DNA from: Myxococcota bacterium
GTDB lineage: Bacteria; Myxococcota_A; SURF-8
Assembly (NCBI GenBank): GCA_963674735.2
Contig: CAXXQS010000001.1
Span: 1,024,001 to 1,088,000 of the forward strand
Direction of reading: 5' to 3'
Length of the DNA stretch: 64,000 bases
Part shown: positions 46,939 to 57,000 of the stretch, one piece after another
Position numbering within the stretch: position 1 is the stretch's first letter
Layout of the letters: every line of letters begins with the position of its first letter
Translations under genes and position numbers: made by a program
The notes under the pieces: model-generated
Database searches by the model: none
What the model was told of the DNA's origin: nothing
The model's input: only the letters and a program-made list of their open reading frames with translations

Positions 46939-47042
46939 GCTGCTGCTTAAGGCAAAAACTCACTTAAGGCAAAGAAAATATAAGGGGTTTTTCTCGAACG
47001 TGAACAGCACGCAACGAGTGTTTTCGAGCAGAGAGGGAACTG

Positions 47043-49451
47043 ATGACCGACGACAAAGGGCGGAAAGATCAGGGCGGCTTTTTCGATAACGAGAAAGAGG
47101 ATGGGTATCTATCCGAAAAAACAGTTGTCGATACGGATGTTTTGAAGAAGCTTCACGATCGGCTTAAGGTCGATGACGAGGTGATTCAGGATCTTTCCGA
47201 TGGCGCGGAGTTGCTTGACGAAGTGGTGTTAACCACCCCACCCACGCCACCGGTCCCACCTCAACCCAGTGTGCCGGAAGCACCCCCGCTTCCCCCGACT
47301 CCACCGGTTTCCACCCAGGATGAGACGACCAAGCAGAAGGTGGAAAAAGTTCATGAATTATTCGAGCAACCCGAAGATGAATCCGTTGATCTAAGCGAGA
47401 TTGCAGAGGAAAAAACGGTTATTCTGGCGGATGAAGATGTTTCCGGGGCTCCCAAGGTCTCCGGAGCCAAGCTCGTGGTGGAAGACGGACCCGACAAAGG
47501 GAAAGAATACACGATCGAGTTTAATGAAATCTTTATCGGGCGTGGAGTCGAAAACGATTTCGCCGTTGCCGACCGGGCTATTTCGCGTAAGCATTTCCGC
47601 ATTCGCCGGCGGTTCGACGAATACATCATCGTCGATCTCAAAAGTGGCAATGGAACACGGGTCAATTCCGAAAAAGTCGAGGAAGTTTTACTCAACCACG
47701 GAGATGTTATCGTAGTGGGGCGGAGCTCGATTCGCTTTATCGATCTGGAAAAAGAGGCTCAAGGTATACCCGCTGTTGCGCCTGTTGCAGAACCGGCTCC
47801 GCCGATCGAACCTACTCGCGTGAAAGCTACGCCGGTGGAACGTCCGGTTGAACCTGTGCCTGAACCCAAGCCTAAGCCGGAGCCGAAGGTCGAGGCCAAA
47901 CCGGAGCCGAAAGTCGAAGCCAAACCTGAGCCGAAGCCCGAGATTAAACCGGAAGCAGTCGCCCCGACTCGCGCAAAGGATCGGTTGGAACCCCTCTCGG
48001 CACAGCGTTCGGGAACGATGCTTCCGGGCGAAACCGACAAGGCCACGTCGTTTGGTCTCTTGTTTGTCGGAATCATCGTGGTTGTCTGTGTTGTGGCAGG
48101 CTTGATTCTGATCACACAGTACTATGACGAAGAGGCCAAGCAAGCTCCGACTCCCGTTACACAGCAACCTCCTACCGTTTTGCAAAAAGAAGCCAAGATC
48201 AAAAAGCTGATCGATCAGGCTGAAGTCCTGGTGCAGAATCGTTTCTTCACCAAGGGCGTCGACAAATTCAATGAAGTTTTAGCAATTGACAAGGGGAATA
48301 CCCGAGCCGAGATGGGCAAGGTAAAAGCTCAGCGTGAAATTGCGAATAACCAAGCCCTAGACGAGGGCAAGCAGCTGTTTAACGAGCAGAAATTCAAAGA
48401 GGCTGCCATTCGACTGCAAGTCATTGGTGACAGCAGCGTTTTCCATCCCAAAGCGCAGGCGATGCTGAAAAAGATCGAAGACGCCAAGTATGATGCCGAA
48501 GTCGAAAAGGGGAAGGGGCTTCTCGAAAAGAAAAAATACGATTCTGCTATCGCTGTTTTCGACGGTGTGTTGGCTCAAAGCGCCACGCACGAAGGTGCCC
48601 GGAAATACAAGCAGATTGCCCTTGACGAAAAACAAATGACCGCTAAGCAACGGGAAGAGCAGGCTCGCCTCGATGCGGAAAGACGGGGCCAGGCCGAAGC
48701 GCAGCGCCGCCAGCGTGCTGAAGATGAGCGTCGCCAGAAAGCGGAGAACGAACGTCGCAAAAAGGCCGAAGAGCAAAAACGAATCAAAGCTGAACAGGAT
48801 CGACGCGAACGTGAACAACGTGAAGCGGAAGCTCAAAAACGCCGCGAAGAAGAACAACGTAAACGCTTGGTTCAGGGAAACTCGGACCTGGACAAGGGAA
48901 TCGGCCTCTACAAGAACGGCAAACTGGATCAAGCCGTGGTTGAGTTGTATACCATCGCGAATGGGCGTGGTAACACGAAAGTTATAAACAAAGCCAAATC
49001 TCTCGTGGCCTCGATGAAACGCTTCAACGAGAGTTACGACGCCGGCAAGAAGGCTCACGCGGCCAAAAACCCGGCTGCCGCAATTCCCAAACTTAAAAAT
49101 GCGATGCGTGAGGATATGAAAATCGCTTCCGGGTCGGCTTATGTCAGCGAATTGCGTCAGAAATTGGCCGATATGTACTATCTGATCGGGAACAGTGCCA
49201 AGCAAAGCCAGTCCTGGGAAAAAGCCTATACGGCTTACAATCGATCGCTTCAGTTCTACCCGCAACACGGTCCGGCCAAGCAGGGAATCGAAAGTCTTTC
49301 GAACCAAGCCAGAAAGCTGTATTACGAAGGCTTTGCGATTAAGGATGTCGAGCCGGAGCAGACCGAGCAGAAGTGGAAAACCGTGAAAAAAATTGTTCCC
49401 TCTTCGAACGAGTGGTATAAGAAGGCGGACGCTGGCCTGCAGGATTTATAA
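47043..49451 (+). CDS. FHA-domain membrane protein with Pro-rich linkers, TM, TPR-like repeats and coiled coil
   Basis: FHA motifs IGR..ISRKH..S.NGT.VN; PEPK repeats; single TM; TPR-like helices; E/R/Q/K coiled coil. Confidence 0.85.
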   Translation: MTDDKGRKDQGGFFDNEKEDGYLSEKTVVDTDVLKKLHDRLKVDDEVIQDLSDGAELLDEVVLTTPPTPPVPPQPSVPEAPPLPPTPPVSTQDETTKQKVEKVHELFEQPEDESVDLSEIAEEKTVILADEDVSGAPKVSGAKLVVEDGPDKGKEYTIEFNEIFIGRGVENDFAVADRAISRKHFRIRRRFDEYIIVDLKSGNGTRVNSEKVEEVLLNHGDVIVVGRSSIRFIDLEKEAQGIPAVAPVAEPAPPIEPTRVKATPVERPVEPVPEPKPKPEPKVEAKPEPKVEAKPEPKPEIKPEAVAPTRAKDRLEPLSAQRSGTMLPGETDKATSFGLLFVGIIVVVCVVAGLILITQYYDEEAKQAPTPVTQQPPTVLQKEAKIKKLIDQAEVLVQNRFFTKGVDKFNEVLAIDKGNTRAEMGKVKAQREIANNQALDEGKQLFNEQKFKEAAIRLQVIGDSSVFHPKAQAMLKKIEDAKYDAEVEKGKGLLEKKKYDSAIAVFDGVLAQSATHEGARKYKQIALDEKQMTAKQREEQARLDAERRGQAEAQRRQRAEDERRQKAENERRKKAEEQKRIKAEQDRREREQREAEAQKRREEEQRKRLVQGNSDLDKGIGLYKNGKLDQAVVELYTIANGRGNTKVINKAKSLVASMKRFNESYDAGKKAHAAKNPAAAIPKLKNAMREDMKIASGSAYVSELRQKLADMYYLIGNSAKQSQSWEKAYTAYNRSLQFYPQHGPAKQGIESLSNQARKLYYEGFAIKDVEPEQTEQKWKTVKKIVPSSNEWYKKADAGLQDL

Positions 49452-49538
49452 GTCTGAAGGCTTATCGCCTCCTGATATGGCGGGATCGGTTGCACCTGCG
49501 GATAGAACGCCGAATGCCCCGAGAAACCAGTCATAACC

Positions 49539-49568
49539 TACCGGGTCCAAAAGACCCGGTATTTTTTT
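49539..49568 (+). terminator. Intrinsic terminator immediately before tnaA
   Basis: TACCGGGTC-CAAAA-GACCCGGTA-TTTTTTT, ending about 6 nt before the AAGGAG RBS. Confidence 0.8.
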
Positions 49569-49584
49569 GCGCAAGGAGTTCCTC

Positions 49585-50961
49585 ATGAAGACGATCATTG
49601 AACCTTTCCGAATCAAGATGGTGGAGCCGCTCAACTTCACATCCGAGACTGAGCGCAAGCAAATCCTGAAAGAAGCCCATAATAATGTTTTTTTGATTAA
49701 GTCCGAGCATGTGCTGATTGATTTGCTGACCGATAGCGGTACGTCGGCCATGTCAACGGAACAATGGGCGGGTATGATGCGAGGAGATGAATCCTACGCC
49801 GGAAGTCCCAGCTTTTTCCGATTCGAGGAAGCTGTAAAAAGCATCTTTGGCTTTAAGCACGTGATTCCCACTCACCAAGGACGCGCTGCCGAACGCATTC
49901 TCTTTACAACCGTAGGGGGGGAAGGCAAAAGCATCCTGAACAACACGCATTTCGATACGACACGCGCCAACATTGAATTTACCAAAGCCGAGGCGATCGA
50001 TCTGGTTATCGAGGAAGGCAAACACCCGGAAGTCGTACATCCTTTCAAGGGGAATATGGATCTCGACAAGCTGGAAAAGGCCATTCAAGAGATCGGTGCC
50101 GAGAATATTCCGATCGGGATGACTACCGTTACCAATAATTCCGGTGGCGGCCAACCGGTTTCGATGGAAAACATTCGTTTGACGGCTGAAATACTGCATA
50201 AGCACGGCATTCCTTTCTTCATCGACGCTTGCCGCTTCGCGGAGAACGCCTATTTCATTAAAATGCGTGAGGAGGGGTATGCGGATAAGGAAATCCGCGA
50301 TATCGCACAGGAGATGTTCTCCTATGCCGATGGCTGTACCATGAGCGCCAAAAAGGATGCCATGGTCAATATCGGCGGATTCCTGGCGATGAACGATGAC
50401 GAGCTAGCCGAGAAATGTAAAAATCTTCTCATCCTGACCGAAGGATTTCCCACCTACGGCGGCCTTGCCGGGCGCGACCTTGAAGCGATGGCGGTAGGCC
50501 TCAATGAAGTTCTCGAAGAGCGCTATTTGCAGTACCGCATTGCAAGCGTTGCGTATTTTGCACGGAAATTGCGGGATGGCGGAGTCAAGATTGTCGAACC
50601 TCCGGGTGGTCACGCTATTTTTCTCGATGCACGCAGCTTTCTACCGCATGTCCCACTCGATCAATTCCCAGCCTGGGCGCTGACGAACGCGCTTTATGAA
50701 CAGGCCGGTATTCGGGGGGTGGAAATCGGGTCTGTTATGTTTGGACGCAAGGACAAAGAAACCGGTAAAGAGATCCCCGCGCCGATGGACCTCGTTCGGT
50801 TGACCATTCCGCGTCGCGTTTATACACAGAGCCACGTGGATTATCTCGCCGAAGCCATCCTTGAGATCTACGGCACACGCGAACAGATAAAAGGGGTTCG
50901 GATTGTGAAGGAACCGCCTTTCTTGCGACATTTCAGCGCGCATTTCGAGCCCGTCGAATAA
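49585..50961 (+). CDS. tnaA: Tryptophanase (beta-eliminating lyase)
   Basis: EPFRIKMVE, DLLTDSGT, HQGRAAE, MSAKKD (PLP Lys), EGFPTYGGL. VEIG and LRHF distinguish it from tyrosine phenol-lyase (ERG, LRFF). Confidence 0.93.
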   Translation: MKTIIEPFRIKMVEPLNFTSETERKQILKEAHNNVFLIKSEHVLIDLLTDSGTSAMSTEQWAGMMRGDESYAGSPSFFRFEEAVKSIFGFKHVIPTHQGRAAERILFTTVGGEGKSILNNTHFDTTRANIEFTKAEAIDLVIEEGKHPEVVHPFKGNMDLDKLEKAIQEIGAENIPIGMTTVTNNSGGGQPVSMENIRLTAEILHKHGIPFFIDACRFAENAYFIKMREEGYADKEIRDIAQEMFSYADGCTMSAKKDAMVNIGGFLAMNDDELAEKCKNLLILTEGFPTYGGLAGRDLEAMAVGLNEVLEERYLQYRIASVAYFARKLRDGGVKIVEPPGGHAIFLDARSFLPHVPLDQFPAWALTNALYEQAGIRGVEIGSVMFGRKDKETGKEIPAPMDLVRLTIPRRVYTQSHVDYLAEAILEIYGTREQIKGVRIVKEPPFLRHFSAHFEPVE

Positions 50962-51020
50962 GCGAAACAGAAGGCAGCAAAAGGCCGAGAAGGGCAATTC
51001 TGCTATGATTATATGACTAA

Positions 51021-51050
51021 GCCAAGGCGACCTCAAGGGGTCGCCTTGGC
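51021..51050. terminator. Stem-loop between convergent genes
   Basis: GCCAAGGCGACC..GGTCGCCTTGGC, 12-bp perfect stem. Confidence 0.75.
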
Positions 51051-51065
51051 GGTTTCTGGATGTGT

Positions 51066-54000
51066 TTAGAGCCCGTTGCTTGCATTGATCACCACCGCAT
51101 CGCAAATGGGATCGGTCGCTGAAGGATCGTAGTAAACCCGTACATAGTAGGTGGCCGATTCATCCGTGCAGAAACGGTAAGGCCAGTTCGATTCATAGCT
51201 TGGGGCGAAAGTCGGCATCCATTCTTCGGGACGACATGGGCATTCGCCCGAAGTTCCCGGCCCCACAGTCGGGTCGCTGAAGTTGTAATAATCGTTGAAT
51301 TCAACCGTGTCGCTGCAGGCCAGCTGACTTCCCTGGCATCCACCTCGGTAAATATCGAAGCGGAACAGATTTCCCGGGTTATCGGATAACCAGACGTGAA
51401 GCGAGAAATTGTCGCAGGAAACATCCAGGGTATCGTTGGCGTAGAACATCAGCCAGGCTTCGTCGGCGGTGTTCAATAACTGAATCGATTCCGAAAGCAC
51501 CATACCTGGCAGTTCGTCGGAAAGATTGGAGCCTCCGGGCAACAGATCGGCTTCATTGCATGTTGGTGAATCGGGAAGCGCGGTTGCTTCGCATTCGCAA
51601 CCATCGGATGAATCCTCGTTCAAATCGAAATAGCCATCCAGGCAAGCTCCAACCTGACATTCGCCGTCGACGCAGGTTCCCTGTGCGTTGCTGTATTCGC
51701 AGGATTGGTTGCAAGCTCCGCAGTGAACGCTCCAATTGTAATTTCCTTGGGCATCCTTGAAATCCTCGTCTGTCTGACCATCGCAATCGTCATCGAGGTA
51801 ATTGCACACCTCATCCGTTCCCTGATAGGCGGTACCGCTGAAGTCGGTGCTGCAAATCGTGGCCAATCTGGCTGGATCGTTTGGATCACATTCGGTACGG
51901 CCCGGACCGCATAAGCCTTCCCCGATGCAGCCGACACCTAGGTCGAAACCTTCGTCGGTTATCCCATCGCAGTTGTTATCGAGGCCATCGCACACTTCGT
52001 CTTCGGCATTTTGCCACGCGGTGCATTCGATTCCCTGATAATCTTCACGGCAGACCCATTCACCGGTTCCGCACAAGCCAGGACTGCAAGGCTGGTTCTT
52101 TTCGGGCCACAACTCATCGGTCTGGCCGTCGCAGTCGTTATCCTTTTCGTCGCACAATTCCTGCTTGCCGCCAACTTCAGGATCGTCGTAATCCGATCCG
52201 CCCGGATTGGTCGAGCAAATGGCGGAGTATAAACCGAAGCACTCCCATTGCCCGATTCCGCATTCACCATCGCCGACGCAGAACTCTGTAAGCGAGTACC
52301 CTTCGTCGGTTTGATAGTCGCAATCGTTATCGAGACCATCGCAGCGTTCGGGGCGTCCTGCGTAGGCCGAACCGCCATAGAGCGTCGAACAGCGCGTGGT
52401 GCTGAGAGTGGCACACTCAAGAACGCCATTCGGGCATTCTCCCACGCCATTGCAACTAGATCCAATGCTGAAGTCTTCGTCCGTTTGGCCGTTGCAATTG
52501 TCGTCTTTGTTGTTACAAGTCTCGGTGACCGGGTTATATTGGCTCCCGGTGCCGCGGTCATCTTCGTAGGCAATAGTCGAGCAGCGGGTGCGTTCTTCCG
52601 TGTCGTCGCATTCCCAAACGCCGGTTCCGCATTCTCCCACACCTTGGCAGAAGGTGTTGAGCAGGCCTCCACAATTCAGTCCGTTGCAGTATGGCCATTC
52701 TTCATTGGGGTCACTCGGATCGAGACTGCGGTAATCTTCGTCGATCAGACCATCACAGTCGTTGTCCACTCCGTCGCATTTTTCCGGGCTACCGGTATAG
52801 GCCGAACCGCCAAACTCAGTGGAACAGATAACATCGTAGAGACTCCCGCATTCATAAACTCCGGCGTTGCATCCCTGCGAGGGTTGGCACGCGGATCCGA
52901 CACCGAATGTTTCGTCGGTGAGCCCGTTGCAGTCGTTATCCACTCCATCGCACAACTCGGGAACGGCTTGTGAGTTGCTGCCGCCCGGCATCGACGAGCA
53001 GATCGTGTTGTGTGCTCCGAAGCATTCGATAACGCCTTGTCCGCAGCCACCGATGCCCGTACAAACGGCACCGACGTTGAAGTTTTCATCGAAGGAACCA
53101 TCGCAATCGTTGTCTTTTGCGTCGCAGATTTCGGGACTGGTATCGGGGCTCGACCCGTTTGCATCGGATGAACAGCGTGTTGTGATGGGGGTGTCGCATT
53201 CGATGAACCCGGCCCCACATTCTCCCAAACCATCGCAAGACTGTCCGATGTTGTAAATTTCATCGGTTCGGCCGTCGCAGTTGTTGTCGAGATCGTCGCA
53301 AAGTTCGGGTTCTGCTTCCGATTGAGAACCATTGGGACTTGTAGAGCAGATCGAGGTGAAAACATTCAGGCATTCCAGGACTCCGGGACCACATTCACCC
53401 TGAGGCTGGCAAGATTGACCGATGTTGTAGTTTTCATCGGTCTGGCCGTCGCAATCGTTATCGATGCCATCGCAAAGTTCCATCGTAGACATATTGGCCG
53501 ATCCACCAGGCATGGTGGAACAACGAGTGCTTCCCTGGTCGTCGCATTCAAGCACGCCGCTTTCACACTGACCGACCCCGGGACAAGCCGTGCCGAGTGG
53601 GAAGTCTTCGTCGGTTTGTCCGTCGCAGTCATTATCCATACCGTCGCAAATTTCGCTACCGGAAGGATTGTATTGAGATCCTCCGAAACTGGTGGAACAA
53701 ATAAGGCTACCGGCATCGGCGCATTCGTAAATGCCGTAGTGGTCGCTGCAGCCTCCCGTGCCGACGCAGGGATTGCCGAGATCCGGCCAATCTTCATCGG
53801 TTTGCCCATCGCAATCGTTGTCCAAACTATCGCAGATTTCGGGCGATTGGGCCGTTTGAGAACCGTCGGGGTCGCTGGAACAGATGGCGAGATTTTGATT
53901 GCTCGGATGGCATTCAATGACTCCGGTTCCACACTCACCCACACCGTTACATTCAAGTCCTACGCCGAAATCTTCGTCGGATTGTCCATCGCAATCATTG

Positions 54001-57000
54001 TCGAGTCCGTCGCACAATTCGGTGGATCCGCCGTAAAAGCCGCCATTGATGTCTGTCGAACACACCGCCTGATTTTCATCGAGACATTCAAGAGCGCCCA
54101 AACCGCATTCGCCCACTCCTTCGCAGGGTTGACCGACCCCGAAGTCTTCATCGGTGGCCCCGTCACAGTCGTCGTCGATATGGTTGCATTTTTCGGGAGA
54201 GCCGGAATACTGCGAACCGCTTGGATCCGTCGAACAGCGAACATCGTGTTCACCGTCGCATTCCAAAATACCATAGCCGCATTTTCCGGTTCCAAGGCAA
54301 GAAATCGGCTGCCATGTTTGAGAGTTGAGTAGGAACGTTTCGTCGATTTTGCCGTCACAATCGTTGTCTCGACCGTCGCAGATTTCATTCACACCTTCGT
54401 ACTCACTGCCTGCAATGTCGGTCGAACAGCGGAAAGCGGTTTCGTTTTTGCACTCGTAGACGCCGATTCCGCATTCCCCGATGCCTTCACAACTCTGACC
54501 GACAAGATAGTCTTCGTCGGTTTGGCCGTCGCAATCGTTATCGAGATGGTCGCAGAGCTCGAAGGATCCCGCGTAGTCGCTGCCTTCGATATCCGTGGAA
54601 CAACGGGTTTGGTTGGTTCCGGGGACGCATTCGATATTCCCGGCGCCGCACAATCCGATACCCTCGCAGATCGTATCGAGATTGTATCCCTCATCGGTTT
54701 CACCGTCGCAGTTGTTGTCCAAGCCGTCGCACAATTCAGTGGCCCCTTGGTGCTGGCTTCCTCCAAAGTCGGTGGAACAGCGGCTGGAACCGGATTCGTC
54801 GCATTCGTAAACGCCTTGTCCGCAGGCGCTGCTGGTGTTGCAGACTTGGCCGATATTGAAGCCTTCATCGGTTTCGGTGTCGCAGTCGTTGTCTAATCCA
54901 TCGCAAATTTCCAACTGCGATCCGTCACCCGACCCCTCGGGACCGCTGGAGCAGCGGGAGGTGCCGTCAGGCGCGCATTCGATGATGCCGGACCCGCATT
55001 CTCCGGGAGACGAGCAGGCTTCTCCTACTTGCATGCCTTCATCGGTTTGCCCGTTGCAATTGTCATCGAGATTATTGCACAACTCCTCATGGGGAATATA
55101 TTGAGATCCGCCGGGATTGGTGGAGCAAAGACTGTTGACGGTATTGATGCATTCGTAAACCCCGGCTCCGCACTCGCCGATTCCGTCGCAAGACTGGCCG
55201 ACCAGGAAGTCTTCGTCGGTTTGACCGTCGCAATCATTATCAATGCCATCACAGAGTTCGGATTCGGGCGTGTATTGGCTTCCTCCCAAGGAGGTCGAAC
55301 AAATCCGCGTATCGGCATTCAGACATTCCCAGACACCCGATCCGCATTGACCTTGACCTTGGCAGCTTTCACCAATCTCGAAATCTTCATCGATCAAGGT
55401 GTCGCAGTCGTTGTCATTACCGTCGCACAATTCGATCTGGCTGTTGTCGTGCGTTCCTCCGGGGTTGGATGAACATTGAATACCGCTTTGCGCGGATGTG
55501 CATTCTGTGATGCCGGCGCCGCAGGATCCAATACCGGTGCAAGGATCGCCGAGGTCGAATGTTTCATCCGTCAGTCCGTCGCAATCGTTGTCCTTGCCGT
55601 CGCAAAGCTCAGACATTCCCAAGTAGGCGCTACCACCGGGAGCCGTAGAGCAGATGGCGAGGGCTGGGGTGTCGCATTCGACGATACCCATTCCGCATTC
55701 GCCGGGACCATCGCAAGCCTCCCCAAGCGGGATCGACGTCGTACCTTCGTCGAGGAAGAAATCTTCGTCGGTCAGGTAGTCGCAGTCGTCATCCTGTCCA
55801 TTGCAGCTTTCGGGAGAACCGGTCCAATTGCTGCCGCCGAATTGGGTCGAACACCGGACGGAGCTGGGAGTGTCGCATTCCAGAACGCCGCCGCCGCAGG
55901 GGCCGGGGGCCGTACACGGTTCACCGATCGGGAAGGATTCATCGGTTTCGCCGTCACAGTCGTTGTCTTTTTGGTCACAACGTTCCGTGATACCATCGAA
56001 AGCCGACCCGCCGGGGTTGGTCGAACAGATCGAGCGGGTGGGGTCGTTCGCGTCGCATTCGATGATGCCCAAACGGCATTCGCCGATGCCGTCGCAGGTG
56101 TCTCCCAGTTGGAACCCTTCATCGGTCCGGCCATCACAGTTATTATCGAGATTGTCGCATAATTCGGTGCTTCCGCCATAGTGACTGCCGCCCAAATCGA
56201 CGTCGCAGCGGATAGATGTGTCATTGGCACATTCGGTCACACCTTGGCCGCATTCGCCTTCACCCTCGCAAACCTGGCCGATCGCGAAATCCTCATCCGT
56301 TTGCGAGTCGCAATCGTCGTCGACGCCGTTGCAAAACTCCGTTCGTCCCCCGAATTCGGAGCCGCCACTGTCCGTACTGCAAACGATTCCGTCTTCATCG
56401 AGGTTGCATTCGTAGACACCGATACCGCAAGCGCCGACACCGTCGCAGGCTTGGCTTAACGTGGGCCAGTCTTCATCCGTTTGTGTATCGCAATCATCGT
56501 CGAGCCCGTTGCAGCGTTCGCCGGTCGGGTTGAACTGCGATCCGCCGGGGTCGGTGGAGCAGATGGGGGTTGTAGCATCTAGACATTCCATCAGTCCCTG
56601 ACCACAGCCTCCGCTGCCCGTACAAAGAATGCGTTCACCATAAACATCGAAAATGCCGAAACCTTCGTCGATCAATCCGTCGCAGTCGTCGTCACTCAGG
56701 TTACAGCTCTCGCTAACTCCCTCGTACTGAGACCCTCCCCATTCAGACGAACACCGCACGCCTCCGATCCCGTTGCACTCATTCACACCTTGCCCGCATT
56801 CTCCCAAACCGTCACAGCTTTGGCCGAGGTCGAAGTCCTCATCGGTCAGACCATCGCAGTCGTCATCCTGGCTGTTGCAGGATTCCGGAAGGTCTTCGCT
56901 TTGGCTGCCGTCGATGTCGGTGCTGCAAATCGTGGTCAACGCGTTCTGAGGGTCGCACTCCTTCACTCCGGGACCGCATTCGCCGACTCCGTTGCAGCTT

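Noticed and set aside
49477-49536. TnaC leader peptide
   Set aside because: No Trp codon, no W-x3-D...P-stop pattern, and no clear RBS.
49585-50961. Tyrosine phenol-lyase assignment
   Set aside because: Has the tryptophanase-type VEIG and LRHF rather than ERG and LRFF.
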